Shown here piece by piece: positions 1 through 17,685 of a stretch of 64,000 bases of DNA. Every line of letters starts with the position of its first letter. Position 1 is the first letter of the stretch. The stretch is taken from the NCBI RefSeq assembly GCF_009914755.1, contig NC_060929.1. One strand, given 5' to 3'. Position numbers and translations under genes: made by a program. The notes under the pieces were generated by a model. That model was given only the letters and a program-made list of their open reading frames with translations. It made no database searches and was not told the DNA's origin. The DNA comes from the human T2T-CHM13v2.0 reference genome, Homo sapiens.

Positions 1-1582
1 GAGGGGTTGGAGAGGGTGGTTCTGTGTAAAACACGTGGGTTTTCAACACTGCTATAAATATAGAAACGTCACCTGGAGTTATATACAGTAAGACTTTGGG
101 TTCTCCATGGGGGTGGGACCAGGCTGACGGGCCCCACGGCAGGCTGGGGCGGGAGGTGGGAGCCAGGGCCACTGCGAGGAGAACGAGGGTGGTTGGAGCA
201 TCCCTGAGGCAGCAGGCGCCAGGGGCTGCCTGCTAGGATGTGCCGGCCCCACACGCAGTTCGTTCAGGGCAGCAACCCCAGCTGGGTATAGGACAAGAAA
301 GGATTGGGACCAGGGAAAGTGGGTGGGAAGCTCAGCCAGACCCTACAGCGGCCTCCTCCAGAACTTGGAGGACAGGGATCAGGCTGGGAAGGCCCCCTGG
401 AGATGGGGGTCCACAGCCTTCCTGGTCCCCATCCTCCTGGGACTTCCTTGGAGGAGATTCGCCCAGGCAGGTGGGAGTTGGGCCCTGGCTGGAGGGAGAA
501 ATGCCCTGAAAAGCGTCGGGTCCCGGTAGGCTCTAGGGACGTGTGCAGTACAGTGCATGGCAGTTATCAGCTGAGCACAGACCCCCAACCCTGCCCCACG
601 ACCGCCGGCCGCCCAGCCCAGCCCGGCACACGCATGCATGCAGGCCGGCCAGCATGACCGTGCTCGGCCCCCTGGGCACTCGGTCCCAGTTGGTCCCTAT
701 ACCCGCCCCTATTAAACCAAAAGAAAAAAGAAATTGTCTTAAATATCCACATCCCCAAATCCTACACGTGATTTTGGGCCAAATGAATGAACAAAAACTG
801 CTGCTCCTCACGTTCATGCAAAACAACAGAGGGAGAGGAGATTGGGCACGGGTCTGGCTGCATCCCTGGGAGGGACAACCACCGGGAACACAGGGCTCCC
901 TCTCCCCGTATGGCCCAAGCCCCTCAGGATACGTGTGCCCCAGCTCGGGATTAGGCTGGGACGCCCTCCAGCCTGAGGGTGGGGCTGGAATGTTGTTCCT
1001 GGGATGAGGGTCCCCTAGGGAACCAGACTCAGCCCTCACAGCAGCCAACACAGAGCCAGCTGCCTGAGTTCACTGTTCGGGGTCAAGGAGGGGGGATTCA
1101 GCCCTGGGGCTCAGGAAATGGCTCGTGACACCGTCTGTCTACGCACCTGGCAGTGCCACCTGGGCAGAGGGCACGCCATTTCAGAGCATGAGACCTTCTG
1201 ACCCAGGATGGTGCTCTGTCTGCCCATCCTGGGGCCAAGGATCTCCACCGGCCCCACTGAGGGAGCGGACCCCTGGCACTCAGTGCCAGCAGGAAAAGGA
1301 GGGACCTGAGGGTGCACAGGAGGGAGACCCGATCAGGGACACTCAGGCAGCTCCGTGGCGGGCGGGCGGGCAGGCAGACTAGGGAGGGAGTCTTTGGAGC
1401 TTGGCAAATGCAGGGGCTTATTGCAGGGACTCCTCGCTGGGCTGACCCTGGCACCAGCTCTGGAAATGCAGGCAGGAGCGAAGGGGCAGGCCTGGGCCAC
1501 TCCCTCCCCATCCTCCCTGGGCCCCACCCACAAGTTTCCAGAGCTTCAGGCAGGGTTCTCCCGGGCAGGCGGCTGCGTGGCC
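1..1582 (-). other. RNF44: RNF44 3' UTR (continues beyond left edge)
   Basis: Lies downstream of the TGA stop at 1583-1585, with no repeats and U-rich patches on the minus strand. Confidence 0.85.
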
Positions 1583-5063
<3,481 letters not shown>

Positions 5064-5074
5064 TCACAACCCTA

Positions 5075-5377
<303 letters not shown>

Positions 5378-8300
5378 TCAGGAGACAGAACCAAACCTCT
5401 GCAGTGTGACCCCAGGGACCAATGGTGTTCAGCCGTGCCCCTCCTCCGAGCCCTGGGGTCCAGTGCTGACACGCCAGGACAGCTCAGCCTGCCAGCACCC
5501 AGGCCTCACCCTCCTGCTGTGTGAAATGGGACCCAGTCCCCCTCAGTTGCGGAGCTCAGCGAGCTGGCCAGCGTGCTTCCAAGCCAGTGGGTTCCTGGTA
5601 GGCTCCTGCTGGGCGGGGTCTCAGGGCACCCTGTCTTGGAAAGGGGCTTAGGGCCAGACCTTTCTCTGCCTTACACCAGGGGCTACAACTTGGCCTCCAG
5701 GCGGCAGCTGGGGGTTCCTGAGGAGGGTCCACATCCTCCCTTCCCTCTGGCTGGTTCCAGCAGGGATTCCAAACAGGCCTGGGACCCAGTTCTCCTCTTA
5801 CTGGTGCCAGGCAAGAGGTTCTAACCCGCTCCTGCCCTCGGGGGCTTCCAGTCCAAAGCAAGACACTATTCTTTCTTTCCTTAACCTGCTCCCACTGTGC
5901 CTATCCACGAGTGACTTCATCTACCTTTCAAGGAATGTATAGCTGGCCCATTTTACGGGGGAGGAAACTGAGGCTCAGCAAGAAGAAACTTGCCCAAAGC
6001 CCCACCGTAAAGTGTTAAAGCTGGGAGGTGGGCCAAAGAAAGCCTCTCCCTGTGCTCTGCTGCCGACGGAGAGGACCAGCCCCAGGCTTCATGGGAGGTG
6101 ATGAAGGAAGTCAGCCTGGGGAGACTGTGGAGTCTGGCATGCAGCCAGGCCCTTGCTCTGGGGCCCCCAACCCAGCCCTCAAAGTGGGAGGTGGTGCCTG
6201 CTGAGAAAAAAAGGAAGGAAGAACCCGAGAGAGGAAGCTGAATAGGAATGGGTTGGGGCAGGGTCTCCTGCCTCCGGTCAGAGATGAGGGTCCAGGTGGA
6301 GGATGTCGAGGGACCTGGCTCAACCTCAGGGTTCCGCTCAACTCAAAGTTGGGACGAGGCCCTGGCAGGAAAAGCTCTAGAACCTGTCAGGCCCTGCAAA
6401 GCTGAAGGATGCGTCCAACAGGACCAGATCTTTGTTGTTCCTGCCACAGGGAGGCTCGTTCCATCCCTTCCCCATCTAACAAAACTCCTATGCATCCTTG
6501 ATACCCAGCTTTCAATGTCACCTCCCTGTTGACACAGCCAGGGAGCCAGTGTAACTGTCAGCTCAACACCTAGTTCCTTCCTGCCAACAGCGGCAAGAAC
6601 CATTTCCTCTGTGCTGCACTTCACAAGCCTGGGCCCTGCTTCTCAAAAGGAGCCCGCATGGGAGACCGGGGCCCGACCAGCAGAGGGTGTGGGCAGGGCC
6701 AGGGACCACCTTGTGTCCAGCTCAGGGCAGGCCTGATGTGAGAAATGTGCACGGAACAGAGCCAATCACACAGGTCCAAGGTCACCCAGTCTGGCAGCAA
6801 TGCCAACAACTGACAGTTGGGAGATTACAAAACACCTGGCTTCTCATGGCAAGCCTGGTCCCACTTGTTTCTGCCTGGCCCCCTCACTGGGAGCGAGAGC
6901 TTTCCCTCCAGGTCACCCAGGCCCAACCTCTGCCTGCCCATCATCGGGGAATGGGTTTGTGACCCCTGGCCTGGGCCAAGTGCACACCCTGACAGGCATG
7001 TCTACACACACAGCCTCCCGAACTCCTGCCAACAAACCAGCCAAGCAAACAACGGCCAAGGGAGACTCAGGAAATCCCCAAATAACTGAAACAGCAGATG
7101 CCTGGCCCATCCCAGTCCTCCTGGACCAGACACTTTGGAGGGATGGGGAACAAGGGCACCTAGATGTTTAACAAATTCCCCAGAAGTTGTCACAGCACAG
7201 CTAGATTTGGGAATCTCTACCCTAGCTAACCTCAGAAAGCTGGGGAGCCCATAGTTCTGCTGGTGCAGAACAGTCACCATAATAACCATGCTGTTTCCCC
7301 GGCGCCAACTTGGTGAGTCCTCCCAGCAACACTGGCAGGTCAGGACACCAAGGCTCAGAGAGGTGAGGTCCAAGGCCAGTCAGCTGGAATCGTGAGTGCG
7401 CAGGTGCATGACCTAAGCAGTCTGGCCATAAAGCACCCATGACTAGCCACCAAGCCAGCAGCCTTGACTGCTCCTCTTATGTCAGGATGTCTTGCAGATG
7501 GCTGAGTAGTGCCAGGCCCAAGGCACTCCTGCAGAGGCCCAGGCCTGTGGGTGTCTGCTCTGTGGCCAGCCCCCTACAAAGGCACCCACTCCCCAGGGCA
7601 GGGAAGGTGGTAAGGAGCTGTGAAAGCAAGCCAGGAGACAGAAGGGCCTCCAGCCGTGGGTAAGAATGTCAGCCCTCACAGACTCACACATGACAGTGAC
7701 TTCTAGCGAGATTCTTGCCTACAGACCGTGGGCAAGGGCTTCCCCTCCCGAGCCTCAGTATCTTCATCTGTAAAATGGGAACAGCCCAATAACTACCTCC
7801 CAGTTTCCCATCAAGGACTGCTCCAAGGCAACAGCAGAAGCAACTTGTAAAGTTTGAACTTAGCTTGGGTGTGAATGATCATTATTAGCGAATACGACAC
7901 GCTGACCTCCATTTCCAACCTCAAGCAGAGCTTGAAGGGTGCCACTTCCGGGGCAGCAGGCAGATATGCCACTCTAGGGGAATACCTCAGCTGGTAAGAG
8001 TGGATCCTGGTTCTTTAAGCCCTGCCAGGAACAGGGGTGGCGTAGAAGGGTTACACCCACTTCATGGCTGAGAAAACTGGAGCCGAGAGAAAGGAAGTAA
8101 GTTACTCTAGGCCACAAGACCAGAGAGAACGGAATTGGTCCTAGTTGGCCTCCTAGGCCCAAACTCCCCCAAGCCATAACTCCTGTGGCATCAGTAGCTG
8201 GAGGAAATCACCTAATCCCGAGTCTCCAAGCCATACAGGAGGCTGGGAGAGCACTCTCTTTCAGGCACCCATCTTTAGCTCTGTAGTACAGAGAAGCAAG

Positions 8301-8999
8301 CAAGGCCCAGAGTTGGAGCTAGCAACTTGCTCAAGGTCAAATAGCAAGGGTGGCCAGGTGGCCTCCCCTAACAACTGCTCTGCCCGTCCACATCTCCATG
8401 CTGTCCTATCACGGAGCTCTGTGTGAACGGGTCTTGAGAGTCCCGTCGCTGAGCCCCGTCCGCCCCAGGCACGCAATGCATTTTGCAGTTAACATAACCC
8501 CCCACACCCACCCATGAGAGCCGGCCAACCCCTTAAGTCCAGTGCCCCAAGCACCTACCCTGACCTTGGTCTAAGAGCCCCAGGGATCTGTTTGCAGGAA
8601 GAGACACTCCCTTTTGCAGATAAAAACAAAGTCAGACCCTGGGGGCATGAGCAGACTCAGCCAGGAAGAGAAGCCCCCCTTCCTACTTCCCCACACCCCA
8701 CCCGAAACAAGCAGGCTCTGCCCAGCGCAAGCAGAGCTTCCCAACGTGTGGTGCCTGGAGGCCGCTGAGGGCCGGACCACCAGACTAGGAGAGAAGACTC
8801 CCTAGTGACCTTGGTCAAGGAAATCCCTTTGCTTCTGAGCGCCTCAGTTGGCACAGCTATAAAATGGGGGTGGAAATCTTTCCTTCCCACAGCGCCCAAA
8901 TAAAACCAGAAGAGTCCAGAAGAAACCAGGTGGTCACACTAGTGGGGGAGGAAACCAGGGTCCTGGGGAAGGGGGGGCTCCCCAACGCGGGCCAAGTGC

Positions 9000-10700
9000 A
9001 CGCTGTGGGGCTCTGGGAAGCTTACCCAGCCACCCCTCCCCAGGCATAGTGCTGGGGGGCCGAGGCGCGGACACAGCCCCGAGAGGGGCCTCCCTCGTCC
9101 GCTTCCTACTCTTTTGCGCCGCTCTCGGAGGGACACCGGGGGCGGGAGGCGAGACTGCAGCGCAGGGGCCAGAACGCTGCGACTTTAAGAGCCGAGGATC
9201 CCGGACCATGTGCTCGGCGTGAGACAAAAGCAACAACAAAGGAAGTGGCGGCCGCAGGGGGAGGGGGGCGGCTCCTTCCTCTCCAACCGCAGCGCTCAGC
9301 TGCAGGAGAGGGGAGATACGGCCCGGCCACGGGGGGCCTTGGGGGGGGTTCCTGATCCCTGGGGTCTCGCTGCCCGCAGTCTGGACCGCCCGTGATTAAC
9401 CCCTACGGAGCCACCTAGATCACGGCCCCCATTCCCAGGGGAGGGGAACAGAAGGTCCATGGGTGGGGGAATAGGAAGTTGGGGGCCCTGGCACCGACTC
9501 ACCTTTGGCCGCCCGGCCACACGTTGACTCCTTTGTTCCCGATCTAGGACGGCCAAACTGGGCAGGGGGCGGGGGAGGGGGGGGGTGCCTGTCTGGATCC
9601 TTTAAGAGCTCCCGCCCTGCGGAACAATGTGCTCCCCTCCCCACCCCCGGGTCCGGGGGCAGCCCGGCTCCTTCCGGGGCCTCTCTCTTTGTTGTCCGCC
9701 CGACGGCGTCTGCCTCGCGAGGCCCACGCGCGATCAGTCTCTCTCGGCCCAGGCCCTCAGGGAGCGGGAGGCGGCGCAGGACGCAGCTGGGTCTGCGCGG
9801 CAGCCGGCGGCTGGCCCTTTAAGAACTGTCCGCGGCGGCAGCGGAATGTAACAAACCCCACATTTGATTCACAACATTCGAAGCGGCGGGGTCGCGCGCC
9901 AGACGGGAGGGGGCTCGCGGGGGCGCGCCGGGAGGCTCCGGCAAACAGTAGCCCGCTGCAAGCCCGCAGGGGCCCCGCCCCGCGCCGGGAGCTCCGCCCT
10001 GAGAGCCAATCACTCGCCGCGACCACGCACGTGACTAGTGGGCCACCATCTTGAATTTTTTTAACCTCCTCCTCGCCCCCACCTTCGCACTTAAAGGGAC
10101 CGCAGCCACAGTCAAAAGCAAGGGGCGGGGCCGCATATCCTGACATAAAGATGGGGAGACCCCAGGGTGGGCAAAACCGATCGGCTGCAACTCGAACTTG
10201 CTATGCAAACTCGCTAACTACTCGCGCCTCTGAGGCTCAGTTTCCCTGCCGAAGAAATGGGTCCCGCCAGGAGAACCGGCAGTACGGACTTACTGTGTCA
10301 TGGTCCCCTCCTCGGGGACAGGGTGCCGCCTGAGATACTGAAGTGCAATGGGTCTGACCTCTGACGGGGCGAGAGCGGCCCAAGTGGTTATGCTGGCTCT
10401 AACAACCCTGGGCCGGCCACCTTCCCGGAGATGACGTCACCCCCAAGAGCTGCAGCACCGCGCTGACATCATGGCCCGGCCGCCCCACTTCTCCTTGTTT
10501 ATACTACACGGCGTCTTTAAAAAGCTGGTACGGCCCAGATTGCCCAACAGACCAATGGCGGACCACCCATGCAAACGAGCTAACGTCTGCCGGGCAAGGA
10601 GATTGGCCCTGCTCGCGCTGACGTCACAGAGACATTTAACCGCCACGCCCCCAGCGTGGCGGCGGAGGAAGAGAGGCGGGGAACAGGTTGTAGTTTAAAG
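9000..10700. promoter_or_regulatory. RNF44: CpG island and RNF44 promoter
   Basis: High CpG density; GC boxes; CCAAT at about 10007 and 10553; YY1-like CCATCTT at about 10046; two TGACGTCA CRE sites (10432, 10619); ETS CACTTCC. Confidence 0.85.
9503..9980 (-). other. RNF44: RNF44 non-coding exon 1 (TSS approximate)
   Basis: Consensus donor AAG|gtgagt at 9503/9502 inside the CpG island, downstream of the CCAAT and GC boxes. Confidence 0.7.
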
Positions 10701-11970
10701 CAAAAGTGCAGGCGCTGGGCGCTCTAGCTGCTAGGCTGGGCTTGAGAGTTTGGTGTCCCCGCGGAGACCTCCCTAGCCAGGGAAACTGGGAACTAAGCCC
10801 AGTGAAGCGTCTATACTTTAGTTTTCTATTCCTCTCAGCAGCTATGAGACGGAGGGATTACTATAGCCAGTTCATTTTACAGATGGGGAAAGTGAGGGCC
10901 TTCCCTTACTCCAGATCACACAACTAGAAGTGTGGCGGAGCAGGAGTGTGAACCTAATCCAAAGCCGAGCCTCGTTCTCCTTTGCCTCGAAGCCCACCCA
11001 CCCGGGCAAAATTTATACAAAATGGGGTATTACCTCCACCACAATTATATAAGCAGAAAATCAGTAATTTGCTAAATATCCAAGAGCTGGAACAGGTCGA
11101 ATAATGAATATTGGGTGCATGCATATAATCAATAACGACTCTTGGGCAGTTACCACAAAGAGGCAGCTGGAGGCGACACGGGGCTATCTCCAAGACAGCC
11201 ATAAACAAGGCGCCAATGCAAAATGTTAACATCTGTTAACCTGTGTGGTGGGCCATGGGGCAGGGGGATGGGGGGCTCATTTTCTATGCTGCTTTGGTAT
11301 ATTTCGTAATCCTAAATTTTATATAAAAATTGAAACCAAGATGCTGAACAGTTCTAACAGTATGTATCAGGTTTCTTTAATTGGACATATGCCACATCTG
11401 CATATATTTCTGGAAGGGTATACAGGAAACTGATTAACAATTGTCCTTAGGGAGAACTGGAAGGGAGAAGTTGGGTCAGTAGGATAGACTATTGTATATA
11501 TTGCACATTAGCTCTTTTTTAAAAACCCTATGCATTATAACCCACTGAAATTTTTAAAGAAAGCTATTATAAAGACTATGTCTTAAGTCTTTTAAGCCAG
11601 AAAACCTTTTGTTCCCTTAGAATCAGAAACCCCCTTTCAGCTTGGGGAACAGACATGTTTATGGCAATGTTTAGACCAGCAATGATCGTATCACTGTGCA
11701 ACACAATGACTGAAGATGGAACTGAGCCGGCTGTCGGCAGATCTCTAAGCAACACAAGAGCAAGGTCATGATGCAGTGCTATCGATGCTCCCTGGAACGC
11801 CAAACTCTATCCATCACAGTTAAAAATTACATGTGCATGAGAATAAGTGTGGCTATACAAGGTTATGTCTTTACCCAGTTCCTTATCATCAACTGTTCCT
11901 TTACCTCCAATGTCTCCTTCAACCTTTTGTTTTCCCCACCACATAAAAGCAATTTGAAAACCCTCCCCAT

Positions 11971-12285
<315 letters not shown>

Positions 12286-15069
12286 CTACATATTTGTTAG
12301 ATTACTGCCTGCCTGTCCTTATGGATAGGGCCTACAGTGGCTCCCTACTGCCAACTGCATGGAAGCCTGGTTTTGGGGCTGCACTTAACAAGCTCTTCCT
12401 GCCCGAACTTTTCAGGCTCGCCTCTCCCCAGTCCCTCCTCTCACACCATGGTGGTGCTTCGTCTGGCTTTCTCTCCCTGCCACCTTCCTGCCTTTGCTCA
12501 GGCTAGACTGCCTGCCTGGGATGCCCTCTCTTTTCCTTTCTGCCAATCCATTTCACTTTTCGGCGGTTTGAAGCTCTGTTCCTAACTCACCTTTTACAGG
12601 AAGCTGCTTGTGACATCTCCAGCTGTGCTGAATCCCCCATTTTTGAACGCAGAGCTAGATGCACCCCAGCCTTTACCTCATGCCATTTAATTTGCACACA
12701 GTCCTGTCACAATCGCTGTGTGTCTCACTCAGTAATTCCCCTCCTGGCTGAAGGGGTTTGGCTTTTTTAAGTGCGCAGACGTCCAGCCTTCACTGGCATA
12801 TACGGGTACCCCAGCCTCATTTTACAGATGAGGACCTGAGGCTCAAAGAGGTGAAGTGACTTGTCTGAGGCCACACAGTAAGACCACCTTTTCCATCCCC
12901 ACCCCAGGAAAGCGACCCTCCAGCCACAATCTAATCCTGTACTTTTAAGCCACCAAGCTTCTGACTGTGGCATTCTCCCTGCTTAATATGTCCTCAATAT
13001 CCCCTACTTACTGGGCAAAATCCTGCTTATGCTTTGGGACTAGCTCAAAGACCACTCCCTTGGATGGTGCCTTCCCTGCCCTGCCGGCTTGCGCTGGCTT
13101 CCTCAGTGTTAGGATTACCATCACATTGCATCATGAGAGCAGAAGACCATCTCCATGTGACTGCTGCCCCTGCTCCCAGCAGGGCCCACAACACCCAGTC
13201 CAGGACCTGGCTCACGCTGGGTGGCGGATGCCCAGGAATGGGGCTCTGGATCTGCCTCTTCTCCTGCAGGACCAGGAAACCGCTGCCCTGTCCTTGCCCC
13301 AGGAAACCCTCAGTAAATCCCCAGTCATTTGAGTTTCCCCTCAGCGCCAGAGACCAATAACACATCTCCACCAACCTGAAAAACCTTCACGCGTGGATGT
13401 GAAATCACTCTGGAGCAAGTGGGAAGGGAGGCACAATTTTCCCAGAATTTTCCAGTTTTTCAAATGAAGCCAGAAATCTGAAATCTGAACTTTTCTTCGA
13501 ATCCCTCCTCAGGGTCACTGATGGATCTTAGGCTTTGGAACCCTGCTGTGGGGACGTGGCCTGCACACCTACTGTGCGAGCCTTGTTCTCCCCGTACCCC
13601 AAGCCCTCAAAGGGAGACGTCGTTTACTTTCATCGCACAGAGGAAAGCGGTTCAGAGCCATGGAGGGGCAGACCCTCGCCACAGAGCCCAGAAGTGTGAA
13701 ACCTCAGATGGGAGTGGCCCACCTCTGCTCTGGCATCTGCTGTGAGGTTCTATGGGGGAAATGGGGGTCCTAGAGTCTTCTACAAGCTCTGGGCAAGTCC
13801 TATCCTGATCCTCTCCTCATCATGTTCTAAGAGCTGGCCACCAGCATTGGCCCCATTTTACAGATGAGGTGAGAGGTGACAGGACTCACCCAGTGTCATG
13901 CAGCCATCAAGGGGCAAACCTGGGATCCCATTCTCATCTCACATTAAGTGTGGTTTGTGAACCATGAATGCCAACACAGGGGCCCCGTGGTTGCTGAACA
14001 ACCAAATGCAGATGTCCCCAGGGAAAGGGGAGAACACAGAGGCTCAGGGACTAGTGGATGGCTCCAGATCAGAGTGGACAGGAGCCTGAGAGGGATCCAA
14101 AGTTTGATCCTTCCAGCACAAAGCACTTGATGCCACATTCCGGCTTCCTCCCCCAGGCCTCCTCTGCAGTGGGGAGGGGCTTGGGCAAGCAGAGGCAGGA
14201 AGAGGAGGGCGTGGCCATGTTTCCTGCTGGGGCCCTGCCCGACTAGGGTTCTCACCTACCCCAGAGCCTGGACAACTGGCTGCCTCTCTCCCTCGGAGTC
14301 AGAAAGTACCCCATTTCTTTCTTCCAAGGCCCCTCAAACCTCCCTCCAAAGAGGCAGGGCCCAGTCACCTTCCCAGGATGGAGCTGGCGGGACACAGAGG
14401 CTGGGGTACCAGCCAGGGACACAGCACAGCCTGGCAGAGCCAGCTCAGGGTTCACACCTCCCAGACACCAGAGCATCAGAGCAGGGCCCAGAGCCTCACA
14501 CACCAGGGAGGGAGTAGACAAAGCCCTGCTAAGTCCTTTCCACTCAGGGCTGGCCTCAACAGCCCTGAGCCCCGAGTTCTGGCTCCCTTAAGTGGCTGTG
14601 CGTGCAGATGGCGGCGAGGGCAGGGCGTCTGGAGAGGTGCTCCCCGTCTGGGGCTCTGGCCCTCAGCACTCGGGCTCCAGTTTTGAGACCTTGGGTGAGT
14701 TCTATGGCTCCTCTCCTTCTCAATCTCTCGTCTGTAAAATCGGGTGATCGATAATAACTAGGCCACTGGGGCGAAAGGACTACACTGAGGGGTGAGACAG
14801 AGCCCCTGAGGCCAGCCTGCCCTGCCTCTGGTTAGCCTGTGACCTTGGGGAAGTCAGTAAGGTCTGTGAGGCTGTTTGTCCAGGTGTGAAGCTGGGTGAA
14901 AGCATCCTTCTCGGTGGGTCAACAGTGGTTCTGTGTGTGTGTGCCGGCCAACTTTTCGGGTCTGGGTCCGCATTTGGAGGTGTGCGCTGTGTGGGTGTGG
15001 CGTGGGGGCGTTCCCCTTTCTGACTCCTCCTCCCCAACCCGCAGTTCTCACTGCTGGAACCCCCAGGTT

Positions 15070-15332
15070 CTGCAAAGGGGGCAGGAACCGTCACATTGTT
15101 CAGTGATGAAAACCGAGGGCTGCAGGAGTGCGGACCCTGGAAGATCGAGGAAGACAAGTCTACCCGAATCCCCCACTGTCCCTCCATCTTACTCGTCCTC
15201 CTTCCCTCACTTCCCAGCCCCCGGCACCAGCTCGACTCGAGCTTAGTGGCTTTCAGGCAACGGAAGCTGTGTGACCTTGGGCAAGACACGGACTCTCTCC
15301 GGACCCCGCAGCGTTCCGACATCCAGAATGCA
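15070..15332 (+). other. CDHR2: Candidate CDHR2 distal non-coding first exon
   Basis: Donor GCA|gtaagg at 15332 on the edge of a CpG island; the 5' end is inferred, not visible. Confidence 0.45.
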
Positions 15333-16700
15333 GTAAGGACGGCGCTGAAGTGCAGCGGTCTGTTCCCCGGACCTGCAGCCGCTCCAGGGCAGGGCTTAGG
15401 CCGCTCTGGCTCCCCGGCGGCCGGCACAGGGGGCGTCGGGGAAATGTTTAGGACGGACATGGCGAGGCCAAAGAACTGCAGCGCGTCTCCGGCTCGCGGT
15501 GCCGGACGCCTGGGTCCCAGCCGCAGCTGGGACTCGCCGGGGGTGGCGGTCGGGACGTGCGCGGGGCGCAGGGCACGCGGGGGCTCGGAGTTCCCCGGGG
15601 CTCCCCGAGTTGGGGCGTTTGGACCTAGCGGACGGGGAGAAGAGCGGCGCAGCTCCCGCTGCCGGGCCCGGGACTGCGAGCTCCCGCCGTGCGGGCGCCG
15701 GCAGAGGCCTGGCGGGAAGACCCCGCGTGCGTTCCTCCGCCGGCCCGCGGCCGCCCCCTACCGCCGCGTGCTCGCCGGCCCTGCGCCCGGGGCGCTCGGC
15801 GCAGGGTCCGGGCCCGGCGTTACCTGGGGCCGCGGCGGGGCTCCACCCCCACCCGGCGGCCGGCGCGTCGCTCCCGCTGCAGCCCAGGCTCGCGGTGCGG
15901 CTGCGGCCCGCGCGCCGCCTGCCGCGGCCCCTCTCCGGCCCGGTGCAGGGGAACCGTCCGCGGACCTCACCACCCGGGCGCGCGGGGCCCACACCGGCTG
16001 CGCAGCTTCCAGGACCCCCGCCCCGGCCCCGCGCGAATGGAGCTGCCTGGACCGCACCACGCGTGCGGGGCGGAGCCTCTTTCGGCCGCGCCCGCCCAGC
16101 GTCAGTCGGCCAGGGGTGCGTAAGGGCGCGGCGCCTGGGGCCTGGCAGCCTCCGTGACCTTGGAGGAGTGACTTCGTTTTCTCGCCTGTGAAAAGGGAAA
16201 CAATACGACCCCATGGTCGTTCAGAGAATCTTCGCTTCCCGGAGAGTGTGTCCCCTCCCCCAGCCCCGGTGGGCGCGGAGGTAGCTAATAGCTGTCTGGG
16301 GTCAGCAGATCTTGGTTCCCCGCTTTGGGCCATTCTCTGACCCTCACTTTTCAAGTCTGCGGAATGGAATTGATGATACCTTCTTCAGGAGGAGGATGGG
16401 AGACTCCAGTGACAACAAAACGAGGCGGCCGGCCGAGACATCGGGAGGGATTACGTTCCCCGCAACCCCTGTGTCCCCATCGCTAGAGCCAACCTGGACC
16501 AGGGCATGGCCGGCACCAGCTCAGGCCGCGGGTCCCGGCGCCGGAGGGTAGCCCCACCGTCCCCGCCTCCTGGGCGCATTAGGCCAGCGAAGGCTGCACC
16601 CCGCCGCGGGCCGCGCTCTGGCTGGCATGCAGGTGGTGGTAGTCCCTGCAGACCGCGCCTCCCACAAGCTGCACAACCAGGTCGTCTGCTTAGCCCAGGT
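15280..16700. promoter_or_regulatory. CpG island (CDHR2 distal promoter region)
   Basis: Very high GC and CpG, peaking at 15400-16150; GC boxes such as ggggcggagc at about 16068. Confidence 0.85.
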
Positions 16701-16875
16701 TTAGCTCCTCTGCGGAGGGCTGATGAGACGGTGGAGCGGCTGCCTCCGGGTCTACTTAGTTTTTACAGCTGCCGTTTGTTGACAGAACAGCCACCTAAAG
16801 GAGAGCTTTAGAGGGAATGAGTGCCCTGGAAGGAGGCTCTGGGGTGGGGAGAAGTTGGTCTCATGGGTCCCCAAT

Positions 16876-17040
16876 TTCTTTCTTTCTTTCTTTTCCTTCC
16901 TTCCTTTCTTTTTTCTTTTCTTTTCTTTCTTTCTTTCCTTTTTTTTTCTTCCTTTTTTTCTTTCTTCTATTTCCTTTCTTCTTTTCCTTTATTTTCTTTC
17001 TTTCTTTCTTTCTCTCTTTCTCTTTCTCTCTTTCCTTTCT

Positions 17041-17046
<6 letters not shown>
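16876..17046. repeat. (CTTT)n-type polypyrimidine tract (expanded Alu tail)
   Basis: About 170 nt almost entirely C/T, contiguous with the antisense Alu. Confidence 0.9.
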
Positions 17047-17323
<277 letters not shown>

Positions 17324-17685
17324 CCCGAGTTCTTTCTAGGGTGGGAGGCTGTGAGTCTGTGACATCACGGGGATATTCTTGGGCTGGTTCCTTGTCTGTA
17401 AGAGCAACGAAGGGACTTTGTACCCTGCAAAGTGCAACTTCCGGGGATGATTGGGAAGTTGAGGGGTTGAATGCATTCACACCAGAGTCACTCTCAGCCC
17501 AGACTCTCCGGGTCACCTCTAAGGCTGTGCACTAGGTGGGCGTCAGAGGTATTACAGGTAAAGGAATGGCGGCTCAGAGGGAAGGAGAGACTTGCCTAAC
17601 TTCAGGGCAAGCTAACGCTTGATTTCAACTTGATAAATTTCTGAGTATGCAGTGGGTGCACATAGCAGAGACAGGTAATGAGAAG

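Noticed and set aside
11576-11803. 75-aa minus-strand ORF with protein-like composition
   Set aside because: No recognisable family or splice context; it lies in AT-richer, probably old L1-derived sequence.
15096-16354. ORFs of 353, 272, 230 and 198 aa in several frames
   Set aside because: Low-complexity Arg/Pro/Gly/Ala translations typical of a CpG island, open in many frames, with no recognisable domain.
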